A stretch of DNA of 64,000 nt from Candidatus Eisenbacteria bacterium RBG_16_71_46 (GTDB taxonomy: Bacteria; Eisenbacteria; RBG-16-71-46). A model generated the notes under the pieces. The model had not been told where the DNA came from and did no database searches. It saw only the letters and a program-made list of their open reading frames with translations. The stretch is from positions 39,082 through 103,081 of the forward strand of contig MFFQ01000066.1 in the NCBI GenBank assembly GCA_001780165.1. The letters run 5' to 3'. Made by a program: the position numbers and the translations under genes. Of the stretch, positions 46,650-55,829 are shown piece after piece (the stretch's first letter is position 1; each line of letters opens with the position of its first letter).

Positions 46650-48152
46650 TCAACTCCAGGGACCGGCCAGCGCGGCGGCGGGATCGGCGAGCGACTGGAA
46701 CCGGACCAGGCGCACCGCATTGCGATCGGGAAAGCTCATGAAGGGCATGATGCCTCGCCCCAGGATCGCCTCCAGCGCCCGCTCGGTGAGCACGACCTCG
46801 GCGCACGGCTGGAGCCGCGACTCCCCGTCGAGACGGTAGGTATGGGCCGGGAGGCTCCCGAGCTCGAGATGGTCGCCGGGGTCCATCGACCAACCGCTCT
46901 CCAGAAAGGAGTTCGCCAGCAGCGTCGCGCACGCGAAGGCGGGATTGCCCCACAGGTAAGCCTCGTGGTCGCGTTCCGGCGGCAGCTCCTCGAATGCGAA
47001 CCGCTCGGTGGCGTCGGTGCGTGGGCCGTAGGGCAGGCGCGAGAGCACGCGCGGCATCGCGAGGCCGATCCAGCGTGCCCATGCGCTGCTCCGCAGCGCC
47101 GCCCAGCGCTCCTCTTCCCCCGCCTCGAACGGGCGCCACGCCCGCGGATCCGGTGCCGCGGCCAGCGAGCCGCATCCGAGGATCGCCGGCGTCGCTGCGG
47201 CCAGGAACGGTCCTCCCGCGCGGGAGGCGATCGCCCCCAACGCACCGAGCAGTACCACGTCCTCGGGGTTACTCCCGAACGCGTAGCCGCCGACGATCAC
47301 CGACCAGGGACCGGCTCCGGGAGTGCCGGCGCCGCGCTCGACCAGTTGCCGGTAGGTGGCACTCCGCTCGAGTTCTCCGCCCGACGCGACCAGGTCCGCG
47401 GCCAGCTCCTGCCGCGTGACGTCGAGGAGCGAGACCTGGATCTCCTCACCGATCTCGATCTGCGAGAGCAGGCCCTCGATCGAGCGCCACGTGGATTCGA
47501 GCGCCTGGAAGGCGGGATGATGCAGCAGGGCGCGCGTCTGCCGGCTGATCGTGCGATCGACCGACGCGATCCACTCCGCCTGGCGCGGATCCGCCTGCGG
47601 CACGACGTCGGCGGCGATCATCCCCTTCACCATGCGCCGCACGTCCTCGCGCAGCCGGCCCTCGACGCGGACGCCCCCGAGGTCGCGGGGAGCGCTGCCG
47701 AGCAGACGGCCGATGGTCTCCGCGTCCTCCTCCGCCACGATGGTCGCGCGCGGCGTCGCGGCCTCCGCGCCGCCCAATTCCGCCGCGGTGGTCTCGAACG
47801 TGGCGGGATCCTGGAGCCGGCGCCGGGTCTCGCGCAGCGCCTCGAACAGACCGAGGCGCTGGAATAGCTCGTCGGGATGGAATTCGCCGATGCCGCCGAA
47901 TTCGATCGCCAGCTCGGGCCCCGAGGGGTCGAGCCGCAGCCGGAGCCCGGGTGCGAGGCGCGCGAAGGTCGTTTCGAGGGTCTCGTGGCTCAGGGCCATC
48001 TGCGGCCGCTCGGCCAACGGCTGTGCCGCGTCGGGCTGCCGCTGGCCGCGGCCACCGAGGTCCGCGAGGACGAGGACGCGCATCGGAGCCCCCGCGCGGG
48101 GCGCGGGGCGCGGGCTCCGATCGTCTCCGCCGAAACGGAATTCGAATCGCAT
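46650..48152 (-). CDS. Fused TssB-TssC-like contractile-sheath paralog (single ~500-aa polypeptide).
   Basis: N-terminal ~120 aa align to TssB: MRFEFRF / RVQIEYDV; VLVLADLGG / VMGVLADLSG; IEFGGIGEFHPDELFQRLGL / ITFESMDDFSPAAVARKVGA. The rest aligns to TssC: LLHHPAFQALESTWRSIEGLL / ILHQAEFQKLEGAWRGLYHLV; GLAMPRVLSRLPYGPRTDATERFAFEE / GLAMPRFLARLPYGAKTSPVEEFDFEE; YLWGNPAFACATLLANSFLESGW / YTWANSAYAMAVNINKSFKEFGW; LPAHTY / LPVHTF. Start chosen at the TssB-homologous Met (48152). Confidence 0.7.
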   Translation of the reverse strand: MRFEFRFGGDDRSPRPAPRAGAPMRVLVLADLGGRGQRQPDAAQPLAERPQMALSHETLETTFARLAPGLRLRLDPSGPELAIEFGGIGEFHPDELFQRLGLFEALRETRRRLQDPATFETTAAELGGAEAATPRATIVAEEDAETIGRLLGSAPRDLGGVRVEGRLREDVRRMVKGMIAADVVPQADPRQAEWIASVDRTISRQTRALLHHPAFQALESTWRSIEGLLSQIEIGEEIQVSLLDVTRQELAADLVASGGELERSATYRQLVERGAGTPGAGPWSVIVGGYAFGSNPEDVVLLGALGAIASRAGGPFLAAATPAILGCGSLAAAPDPRAWRPFEAGEEERWAALRSSAWARWIGLAMPRVLSRLPYGPRTDATERFAFEELPPERDHEAYLWGNPAFACATLLANSFLESGWSMDPGDHLELGSLPAHTYRLDGESRLQPCAEVVLTERALEAILGRGIMPFMSFPDRNAVRLVRFQSLADPAAALAGPWS

Positions 48153-48244
48153 CGGACCTGTCACCGACCGCCTCCCATGGTGTAATCTTCCCCGCGCACA
48201 CGATATCGTGGACCCCACCATGCCTCGAGCGCAAGGGGAGGGTG

Positions 48245-50410
48245 ATGATGAGCACCAGGCCGATCGCGGTGAAGAGCCCACTGGGTAAGGATGTCCTGCT
48301 GCTCCTCCACTTGAAGGCCAGCGAGGAGCTGGGACGCCTTTCGCTGTTCGAGCTGGAGCTCCTCAGCGAGAATCACGAGGTCAAGCTCGAGGACCTGCTC
48401 GGAAAGAGCGTGACGCTCGAGCTCGAGCGTCCCGCCGGCAAGCCGCGCTACTTCAACGGCCTGGTGACGCGCTTCTCGCAATCCGGACGGATCGGGCGCT
48501 ACTCGCGCTACCACGCCACCCTGCGCCCCTGGCTGTGGCTCCTCACTCGCACCGCCGACTGCCGCATCTTTCCCGATCCGAAGGAAGCCGAGTCGAAGAC
48601 CATTCCCGAGATCCTGAAGGACGTGTTCCGCAAGAACGGCTTCTCGGACTTCAAGGAACGGCTCCACGGGACCTACAAGCCGCGCGAGTACTGCGTCCAG
48701 TATCGGGAGACCGATTTCAACTTCGTGAGCCGGCTGATGGAGGAGGAGGGAATCTATTACTACCTCGAGCACGAGGACGGAAAGCACTTCGTCGTGCTGG
48801 CCGACTCGAGCACGTCGCACGATCCGATCCCGGGCTGCGAGAAGGTCCCCTTCATGGCGGCGACGGTCGAGAGCGCGGCGCGGGTCGATCACATCTCGGA
48901 CTGGCAGCTCGTCCACGAGCTACAGAGCGGCTCGGCCGTGCTCGACGACTACGATTTCGAGGTGTCGCGCGCGGACCTCAGCGTCCGGGCGTCGGTGCCG
49001 CGCGGCCACGCCCACGCCAAGCTGGAGATCTACGATTACCCGGGCTTCTACGTCGGCGCCTACAGCGCGCGCGGCGAGGGGACCCAGGGAGACAAGGACG
49101 CTCTCGATCGTGGCCAGCACTTCGCGCGCACGCGGATCGAGGAGGCCCAGACCGACTACGAGCAGATCCACGGCGGCGGCAACGTGCGCGGACTGGCGGT
49201 GGGAGGTGTGTTCAAGCTCACGGATTTCCATCGTGAGGATCAGAACCGCGACCACCTCGTGGTCGCGAGCGAGCTCGAGGTCCAGGTCGGCGGTTACGAG
49301 GGCTTCGACGCGGGCTCGAAAGAGACGCTCTACCGCTGCCGGTTCAGCGCCGTCCCGAGCAAGGTGCCGTTTCGGACGCGACGCATCACGCCCAAGCCGA
49401 GCATTCCCGGGCCGCAGACCGGGACCGTCGTCGGCAAGTCCGGCGAGGAGATCTGGACCGACGTGCACGGGCGGGTGAAGGTCCAGTTTCACTGGGACCG
49501 CAAGGGCGGCCACGACGAGAGCAGCTCGTGCTGGGTGAGGGTGGCGCACCCGTGGGCCGGCAAGAGCTGGGGCATCGTGCACATTCCGCGCATCGGCCAC
49601 GAGGTGGTGGTCGAATTCCTCGAGGGCGACCCCGACCGGCCGATCATCACCGGCAGCGTCTACAACGGGCAGAACAAGCCTCCCTACAAGCTGCCCGACC
49701 ACCAGACGCAGAGCGGGATCAAGTCCCGCAGCACCAAGGAAGGCGGCCCCGACAACTTCAACGAGATCCGCTTCGAGGACAAGAAGGGCGAGGAGCAGCT
49801 CTTCATCCACGCCGAGAAGAACCAGGACATCGAGGTCGAGAACGACGAGACCCACTCGGTGGGCCACGACCGCACCAAGACCATCGACCACGACGAGACG
49901 ACCCACGTCAAGAACAACCGCACCGAGACCGTGGACAAGGAGGAGAGCATCACGATCGGCGGGAGTCGGACGGAGAACGTCGCGAAGGACGAGACGATTG
50001 CTATCGGCGCGAACCGGACCGAGACCGTGGCCAAGGACGAATCGATCACGATCAGCGGTGGCCGGAAGGAGTCGGTGAGTAAGGACGAGAGCATTGCCAT
50101 CGGTGGCGGTCGTACCGAAACCGTGGCCAAGGACGAATCGATCACGATTTCCGGCAATCGCGAACTGATGGTGGCGAAGGACGAGGGTGTTTCGATCGGC
50201 GAGAAGTACAGCCAGAGCGTTGGCAAGGATGCCACGATCGATGTCGGCAAGAAGCTGACGATCCAGGCCGGAGATGAGATCACCCTGAAGACCGGATCGG
50301 CGAGCATCACGCTCAAGAAGAGTGGCGATGTCGTGATTTCCGGCGGCAAGGTAAGCGTCAAGGCGTCGGGAGACCTGACCCTCAAGGGATCGAAGATCGC
50401 GCAGAACTGA
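48245..50410 (+). CDS. vgrG: T6SS spike protein VgrG (TssI), with no C-terminal effector extension.
   Basis: gp27-like N-terminus (GLVTRFSQSGRIGRYSRYHATLRPWLWLL). gp5 OB-fold region. C-terminal beta-helix repeats. RBS AAGGGGAGG. Confidence 0.9.
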   Translation: MMSTRPIAVKSPLGKDVLLLLHLKASEELGRLSLFELELLSENHEVKLEDLLGKSVTLELERPAGKPRYFNGLVTRFSQSGRIGRYSRYHATLRPWLWLLTRTADCRIFPDPKEAESKTIPEILKDVFRKNGFSDFKERLHGTYKPREYCVQYRETDFNFVSRLMEEEGIYYYLEHEDGKHFVVLADSSTSHDPIPGCEKVPFMAATVESAARVDHISDWQLVHELQSGSAVLDDYDFEVSRADLSVRASVPRGHAHAKLEIYDYPGFYVGAYSARGEGTQGDKDALDRGQHFARTRIEEAQTDYEQIHGGGNVRGLAVGGVFKLTDFHREDQNRDHLVVASELEVQVGGYEGFDAGSKETLYRCRFSAVPSKVPFRTRRITPKPSIPGPQTGTVVGKSGEEIWTDVHGRVKVQFHWDRKGGHDESSSCWVRVAHPWAGKSWGIVHIPRIGHEVVVEFLEGDPDRPIITGSVYNGQNKPPYKLPDHQTQSGIKSRSTKEGGPDNFNEIRFEDKKGEEQLFIHAEKNQDIEVENDETHSVGHDRTKTIDHDETTHVKNNRTETVDKEESITIGGSRTENVAKDETIAIGANRTETVAKDESITISGGRKESVSKDESIAIGGGRTETVAKDESITISGNRELMVAKDEGVSIGEKYSQSVGKDATIDVGKKLTIQAGDEITLKTGSASITLKKSGDVVISGGKVSVKASGDLTLKGSKIAQN
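49921..50220 (+). repeat. Tandem ~57-nt coding repeats (19-aa units, xITIGGxRTExVAKDES) forming the VgrG C-terminal beta-helix.
   Basis: Visible DNA-level tandem repetition (GACGAATCGATCACGAT.. / ACCGTGGCCAAGGACGA.. recur). Confidence 0.5.
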
Positions 50411-50417
50411 GGCGGAC

Positions 50418-51608
50418 GTGCTTCTCGACATCCTCGAAGAACACCTGGAAGAAACCGAGATCCTGTGGTCGAGCCGACGGATCACCATGCGCTCTCCGAA
50501 CCTCGACCTGCGCGGGCTGGCAGCTCTCGAGGCGCGCCTGAGCGCGCATCTCGAGGGTCTGGCGCTGGGCGCGCGGGAATCGCGCGAGTCGCTCGAGGCC
50601 GCGCTCACGGGCTGCGATACGGATCGAGCCTTCGCAGCGGCCGCGGCCCTGCTCACGACCCGCGATCCAGGGGCGAGGCAGGGCGTCCGACAGGCGCTCG
50701 CCGTGTCGTTGCCGCCGGCGCGCCGCGGGATCACGGAAGCGCTCTGCCACATGCCCCTCAAGGACGACACACGCGCGGCGCTGGAGATCCAGCTCGAGCG
50801 GAGCGCGGGGCTCGATCCCGCCGCGATCGAGGTTCTGAGCTTCCACCGATGCCTTCCTGACGGGAATCTCGCGCTAGCCGTGCCTGGCGGGGATCGCGAA
50901 ACGCGGCGAGCCGCGGCGCGCGCGATCGGCCGCATGGGGGGCAGGGCCGACTGGGCGCAATGGCTCGTCGGGGACGACGACCAGGCGGTGAGGGACTTGG
51001 CGCTTCAGGCCGCGGCGCGATGCGGGCTGCCGTGGGCGCACCGGAAACTCCGCCTGGTCTGTGGGGATGGCGAGCGGGTCTCTCCCGAATCACTCCGACT
51101 GCTCGCGTGCCTCGGCGATCGCTCAGACATCGAGCTTCTCAGGACCTGCGCTCACCGACACGAACTTGGCGACGCGGCCGTTGCCGGTCTCGGGACGCTT
51201 GGTTACACCGGATGCGTCGACGCGCTGATGGAGGTCGTGGGAGACGCGCGTCTGGCCCGTGCCGCGGGACGGGCGTTCAAGAGGATTACCGGATTGGAGC
51301 CGCCGGTGATCGCGGAACAATCGAGCGGGCTCGAGATCGAGGACGCCACCTTCGAGGATCTGCGCCCGATTCCAGATGCCGGAGCCACGCGGGCGCTATG
51401 GCGCGAGCGGCGAGCGGGCTTCGACGCGCACATTCGCTGGCGCGACGGCGAGCCGCTCGAGACCGGGCGCTGGAAGCAGGCGCCCTATCTCGGCGATCTC
51501 TTGACGAGGCGCGAGGAGCTCACCCGTCTCTGGATGCAGGAGCCGGCCCTCTTCCCGAAACTCGAATTGGATGCACCCGTGGCCCGTCAGCGCGCGGTCA
51601 CCGCATAG
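50418..51608 (+). CDS. HEAT/ARM-like repeat protein of unknown function, immediately downstream of vgrG.
   Basis: PBS-lyase-type HEAT repeat signatures (AVRDLALQAAARCG, DRSDIELLRTCAHRHELGDAAVAGLGTLG, ARLARAAGRAFKRITG). GTG start 8 nt after the vgrG stop. Confidence 0.45.
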   Translation: MLLDILEEHLEETEILWSSRRITMRSPNLDLRGLAALEARLSAHLEGLALGARESRESLEAALTGCDTDRAFAAAAALLTTRDPGARQGVRQALAVSLPPARRGITEALCHMPLKDDTRAALEIQLERSAGLDPAAIEVLSFHRCLPDGNLALAVPGGDRETRRAAARAIGRMGGRADWAQWLVGDDDQAVRDLALQAAARCGLPWAHRKLRLVCGDGERVSPESLRLLACLGDRSDIELLRTCAHRHELGDAAVAGLGTLGYTGCVDALMEVVGDARLARAAGRAFKRITGLEPPVIAEQSSGLEIEDATFEDLRPIPDAGATRALWRERRAGFDAHIRWRDGEPLETGRWKQAPYLGDLLTRREELTRLWMQEPALFPKLELDAPVARQRAVTA

Positions 51609-51619
51609 GAGGAGCGATC

Positions 51620-52102
51620 ATGGCGATCACCGATGTGTTCAAGCGCGCCCTGGCGGGGGAACTGGGGCTTTCACGGGGGCGCGTTGTCGCGATCGAGTCC
51701 GACGGCAGGGTGCGGGTCCGCATCGGTGCCGGACGCGGACCGGATGTTCCCTGCGAGGTGCTGCAAACGGGCACGACGGCTGCGGCGCGGCTGACCGTCG
51801 GCAGCGATGTGTTGGTCGCATGCCCGGAGGAGCCGGGAAGACCGGGCGTGATCCTGGGCACCGTGGGGTCGGCGGAGGCGGTCGCGGACGCTCCAGGCGC
51901 TGCCGCCGCTCCCGCCAGCGAGCCCATGCGCCTCGTCCATCGCGACATCGTGATCGAAGCCGGTGAGGAGTTGACGCTCCGGTGTGGCGAGGCCTCGATC
52001 AAGATCCGCCGCGACGGCAAGATCGTGATCCGCGGCGAGCACATCCTGAGCCGCGCGAAGGGCACGCAGCGAATCAAGGGAGGGAGCGTGGCGATCAATT
52101 AG
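51620..52102 (+). CDS. Small gpV/gp5-OB-fold-like protein (phage baseplate assembly protein V-like).
   Basis: GRVVAIESDGRVRVRIGAGRGPDVPCEVLQ...VGSDVLVACPEEPGRPGVILGTV resembles the Phage_base_V OB-fold pattern. RBS GGAGG. Confidence 0.4.
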   Translation: MAITDVFKRALAGELGLSRGRVVAIESDGRVRVRIGAGRGPDVPCEVLQTGTTAAARLTVGSDVLVACPEEPGRPGVILGTVGSAEAVADAPGAAAAPASEPMRLVHRDIVIEAGEELTLRCGEASIKIRRDGKIVIRGEHILSRAKGTQRIKGGSVAIN

Positions 52103-52152
52103 CTGGGAGTTCGCCGCGGAAGCGCCGCCGCCGTCATACAAGCGAGGGGATC

Positions 52153-52641
52153 ATGCCAGCAACGCTGAACGTGAATTTTCTGACCGTCGTGCATGCCGGA
52201 AGCTCCGGAATGGTGGTGGGCTTCCCGGATGTGTGCCTGACGCCGTCCCCCGCGGGGCCAATCCCCATTCCGTACCCCAACATTGCCCAATCAGCCGATA
52301 CCTCGCAGGGCAGTCAGACTGTGACCGTCGACGGCAATCCCATCATGCTGAAGGACTCGGTATTCGCGACCAGTTCGGGGGACGAAGCCGGCTCGGCCGG
52401 GGGGGGCGTGGTTTCGGCCACCACCAAGGGGAAGGCTGAATTCGCGCTGTACTCGTTCGATGTCAAATTCGATGGCAAGAACGTCTGTCGCCTCAGCGAC
52501 ATCATGCTGCTGAACAAGCTATCAACCCCGAACACACCGCCATTCCCCGAGATTCAGCCGCCACTCGTCGTGCTGCCGAGCATCATGAGTGAGGATCCTG
52601 AAAAGAAGCCCGATGTCGGCATGTTCGACCGCAAACAGTAA
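52153..52641 (+). CDS. PAAR-like protein, DUF4150 family (T6SS spike-tip cap), with a short Pro-rich C-terminal extension.
   Basis: GFPDVCLTPSPAGPIPIPYPNIAQSAD...TVDGNPIMLKDSVFATSSGDEAGSAGGGVVS matches DUF4150 PAAR-like consensus blocks. Confidence 0.7.
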   Translation: MPATLNVNFLTVVHAGSSGMVVGFPDVCLTPSPAGPIPIPYPNIAQSADTSQGSQTVTVDGNPIMLKDSVFATSSGDEAGSAGGGVVSATTKGKAEFALYSFDVKFDGKNVCRLSDIMLLNKLSTPNTPPFPEIQPPLVVLPSIMSEDPEKKPDVGMFDRKQ

Positions 52642-52790
52642 CGTGCCCCGGCCGCTGTGGCACCCGGGCGATGCGCGTCCCGCGGATCGATCTGGCATGG
52701 GCCTCTCCGGTCCTCGTATGCGCGACGAGTGCCCGGAACTCCAGCCCAACCGGGCGTTGGACCGCCCTGCGGAGCTGCTCGAGGTGACGA

Positions 52791-53804
52791 GTGCTTGAGT
52801 TGCAGAACCAGACGCCCTTTGCCGCGATTCTGCTGCCGACCCTCGAACCGGATGGCAGCGATGCTTTGCTGACGATCGTCAAGGCGACCTATGAGATCCG
52901 GAGCGGCGGACCGCTCGAACTGGCGCCCCAGCAGCGGGCATTCGTCATGGCGGACGAGTTCTGGGGGGAGCCCGCGATGTCGAGCTTGCGCTATGCGAGC
53001 GATCTCGTGCCCGAGAAGCGTGGCACGGACGTCGTGCTGGTCGGCACCGCGCATGCCCCTCGAGGCCGAGCCACGCAGGTCGACGTCACCCTGGAAGTGG
53101 GCCCTCTACGCAAGACCGTTCGGGTCATCGGCGATCGTCGTTGGCGGAGATTCCTCTTCTTTTCATTCCCTTCCAGGCCGGAACCCTTCGCCACGATGCC
53201 GTTGGTCTATGAACGCGCCTTTGGCGGCGAGGACAAGAGTCGGAAGAAGCCCGGCAAGTGGGCGCACGAAGCGCGTAATCCGGTGGGTCGAGGCCTGGTC
53301 TCGAATCCCAGGCGGAAGGACCTTCGCCAGGTGTTGCTCCCCAATCTGGAGGATCCGCTGCATCGTCTGACGAAGCACTCCTCCCGCCCCCCACCGGCGT
53401 GCTTCGGATTCGTCGCGCCGAGCTGGGAGCCGAGGAGACGGTATGCCGGGACCTACGACGACGGCTGGAAGACCGGCCGTTGTCCGTTACTGCCGGCGGA
53501 CTTTGACCCGCGTTTCTACAATGCCGCTGCGCCGGATCTCGTGAGCGACGGGTTTCTTCAAGGTGGTGAGCTCGTGCGCCTGACGAACGCGTCCAAGGAC
53601 GGAACGCTGACCTTGCGGCTGCCCATCGTCAAGGTCGCCACCGAGTTCTTCATCGACGGGGCGGTGGTTTCGCAGAGGTGCGACCTCGACACGGTGCTCC
53701 TGGAGCCCGACGAAGGACAGGTCGTGTTGACGTGGCGTACGAAAGTCCGGTGTCATCGCAAGATCAAGCTCGTCGCCGGGGCCCGGACGAGGACCGTCTC
53801 CTGA
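52791..53804 (+). CDS. DUF2169 domain protein (T6SS effector-loading / adaptor-associated family).
   Basis: N-terminus LELQNQTPFAAILLPTLEPDGSDALLTIVKATYEI is the characteristic DUF2169 start. GTG start. Confidence 0.7.
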   Translation: MLELQNQTPFAAILLPTLEPDGSDALLTIVKATYEIRSGGPLELAPQQRAFVMADEFWGEPAMSSLRYASDLVPEKRGTDVVLVGTAHAPRGRATQVDVTLEVGPLRKTVRVIGDRRWRRFLFFSFPSRPEPFATMPLVYERAFGGEDKSRKKPGKWAHEARNPVGRGLVSNPRRKDLRQVLLPNLEDPLHRLTKHSSRPPPACFGFVAPSWEPRRRYAGTYDDGWKTGRCPLLPADFDPRFYNAAAPDLVSDGFLQGGELVRLTNASKDGTLTLRLPIVKVATEFFIDGAVVSQRCDLDTVLLEPDEGQVVLTWRTKVRCHRKIKLVAGARTRTVS

Positions 53805-54922
53805 GCCCGATCACTGCGAGCCAACAGCCCCTCGATCGGATCGTCATCACGGGAATCGGCCTGGTGACGTCGGTGGGGCACCGCGCCGAGGAAGCGTTCA
53901 CGTCGCTGCGCGCCGGGATCGTGCGCTTGCAGGAGTACCCGGCTTACGAGCCCCTGGTCCGCGATCCCGCCCTCTTCTTTCCGGAGAGCGTCGTGGCATC
54001 GCCGGTGACCGAACTCACGGATGGGCTCGAAGGCGTCGAGCGACTGCTCGCGCTGGCCACCCCCGCGCTGAAGGAGGCGATCTTCGATGCAAAGCTGTCC
54101 GAGACGGACATCGGCTCCACGAGTCTTCTCGTAGCGGGAAGCCAGATGCCTTCTCGCATCCCGGGCACGAGGATCGCCACGGTCCTGGTTCCCCGGCTGG
54201 CCCAGAGGGTGGCGAGGATTCCGTTTGCAGGGAAGCAGTACTACTGCGTCGGCTCGGCCGGCTGCTTCGAGGCGTTGCATCGCGCCCGGCGGTTGTTGAA
54301 CGCTGGGACCTGCAGGTACTGCATCGTGGGTGGCGTCGACTCGTGGCTCGACCCGGAGACGCTGGCCTGGCTGGACGAGGCGAGGCGCTTGAAGAGCGAC
54401 AGCACGATCGATGGATTCATTCCAGGAGAAGCGGCCGCGTTCGTCGTCGTGGAGCGCGAGGAGCAGTGCCGGGCGAGGAAGAAACTGCCATACGCGGTCT
54501 GCGGTGGCGTGGCGCTCGACGAAGAGAAGAACACGATCTGGACCGACCAGCCCTGCACCGGCGAAGGCTTGGCGCGTTGCTTGAAGACGGTGCTGGCCGA
54601 TCCGATCGGGCGGAGCCGGGGCCCAGACGTCGTCGTCTGCGATCTGAACGGCGAGAGCTATCGAGCGAGCGAGTGGGCCTACGCCGTTCCGAAGGCGTTT
54701 CAGGAGGTCAAAGTGCCCCCCTTGGTGCACCCTGCGGACTGCATCGGTGACGTCGGGGCGGCCAGCGGCGGCGTACTGCTGGGCCTGGCGGCCTGGTCGT
54801 CGAAGAAGGACCCGGCCGAATGGAGGACCGCCCTCGCATGGTGTTCATCCGACGACGGCCTGCGGGGAGCCTGCGTCATCGAGGCGTTGGGGACGAGCCA
54901 CGCGGATCCACATGGCCGTTGA
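53750..54922 (+). CDS. Beta-ketoacyl synthase-like (thiolase-fold condensing-enzyme) protein, possibly non-canonical or inactive.
   Basis: RIVITGIGLVTSVGH N-terminus. Cys-region CVGSAGCFEALHRA. GFIPGEAAAFVVVERE. C-terminal GDVGAASGG block. Start codon uncertain (GTG 53750 or 53732). Confidence 0.6.
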   Translation: MSSQDQARRRGPDEDRLLSPITASQQPLDRIVITGIGLVTSVGHRAEEAFTSLRAGIVRLQEYPAYEPLVRDPALFFPESVVASPVTELTDGLEGVERLLALATPALKEAIFDAKLSETDIGSTSLLVAGSQMPSRIPGTRIATVLVPRLAQRVARIPFAGKQYYCVGSAGCFEALHRARRLLNAGTCRYCIVGGVDSWLDPETLAWLDEARRLKSDSTIDGFIPGEAAAFVVVEREEQCRARKKLPYAVCGGVALDEEKNTIWTDQPCTGEGLARCLKTVLADPIGRSRGPDVVVCDLNGESYRASEWAYAVPKAFQEVKVPPLVHPADCIGDVGAASGGVLLGLAAWSSKKDPAEWRTALAWCSSDDGLRGACVIEALGTSHADPHGR

Positions 54923-55244
54923 GATCACCGCCAATCAAGCGACCGTGACGGTGGGCGAGGGGATCGACCTTGGCGTCAAGTTCACCCAGGAGTGCGGAAC
55001 CCCGAAGCCCGGCGCTGGCGCCGCGGGAGTGAGTGGAAACGGAGCCGGAGGAGGGCGCAGACCGGGCTCGAGTCACCGACGATTCAGGGCGGAGCGCGAG
55101 AACCCGCGCAGCCGGCCCTGCGCGGACTCCTCGGGGAGGGCTGCCGATTCTCCGTGGGCTCTCGGGAGCCCTGGGGTGCCGCGTTGCGCTTCGACTCGGT
55201 CGGGTCGGCCGAGCTTGCATGCGAATAGCGATGGACGGTCTTGA
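54912..55244 (+). pseudogene. N-terminal module-only paralog, or degenerate copy, of the 55830-56720 gene. The first ~28 aa are homologous; the remainder is low-complexity and Arg/Gly/Pro-rich.
   Basis: MAVEITANQATVTVGEGIDLGVKFTQECG vs MAVEITGATTQVSVGEKITLGVKFTKEWG, with DNA ~75% identical over ~90 nt. ATG overlaps the ketosynthase-like gene stop. Confidence 0.35.
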
Positions 55245-55792
55245 ACAGCGTGGTCTATTCTCGCCGAGTGCGCTCCTCGTTCATCAGTGCGTTGGTCGCC
55301 GTCTGCGTCGTCTGCGGCTGCACCCACCCAGTCGAAACGATCCAAGAGGAACCCAGGATGTCCGACCTAGAATGGGGCCCTGTCACGGAGTGGTGCCGCG
55401 TCTCCTTGTCAGCCGACCGCTCATCGTCCGTGGCGGGAGAGAAGATCACCGTAACGGTGGTACTCCGAAATGTTTCGGACAAGCCCGTCCAATACGAGCC
55501 TTATCCCTTCGCGCCCGGGATCGATTACAAGGTGTTCGCCGCAGAGGGCGAGTCGGCCGAGATGACGGCCTATGGCCGGCTACTTCGCGATTCTGCGGGA
55601 GTCTCCTCTTCGGCCGTCGAGACGCTGGCCCCCGGACAGGACGTCGTCTACGAGCTGCTGCTCAGCCGGGTCTACGACCTGACGGTCGCGAAGAGCTACC
55701 GGGCACAGGTCTCGCGCGTCATCGTCTCGCAAGGGCGTTCCGCGACTGCCAGCTCCAACGTGCTGAAGCTCGAGGTCTCGGAGCGCGAGTGA
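55241..55792 (+). CDS. Putative lipoprotein or secreted protein; candidate immunity protein.
   Basis: Signal/lipobox-like ISALVAVCVVCGCTHP. Lower GC. Start codon uncertain (TTG 55241, GTG 55250 or 55268). Confidence 0.45.
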   Translation: MNSVVYSRRVRSSFISALVAVCVVCGCTHPVETIQEEPRMSDLEWGPVTEWCRVSLSADRSSSVAGEKITVTVVLRNVSDKPVQYEPYPFAPGIDYKVFAAEGESAEMTAYGRLLRDSAGVSSSAVETLAPGQDVVYELLLSRVYDLTVAKSYRAQVSRVIVSQGRSATASSNVLKLEVSERE

Positions 55793-55829
55793 AGGAGGCC
55801 TCCGCTTTCGGTCTCTCCCAGAGGGTGTG

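Noticed and set aside
48209-48224. TGGACCCCACCATGCC with GG-N10-GC spacing upstream of vgrG
   Set aside because: Three mismatches to the consensus. The predicted TSS would fall inside the vgrG ribosome-binding site (48233-48241), which is implausible.
49921-50220. Tandem DNA repeats, considered as a possible CRISPR or VNTR
   Set aside because: They are in-frame codons for the VgrG gp5-like beta-helix repeats. There is no spacer-repeat architecture and no cas genes.
52642-52790. TGGCAC-like strings in the gap between the PAAR-like and DUF2169 genes as sigma54 promoters
   Set aside because: None has the GG-N10-GC spacing.
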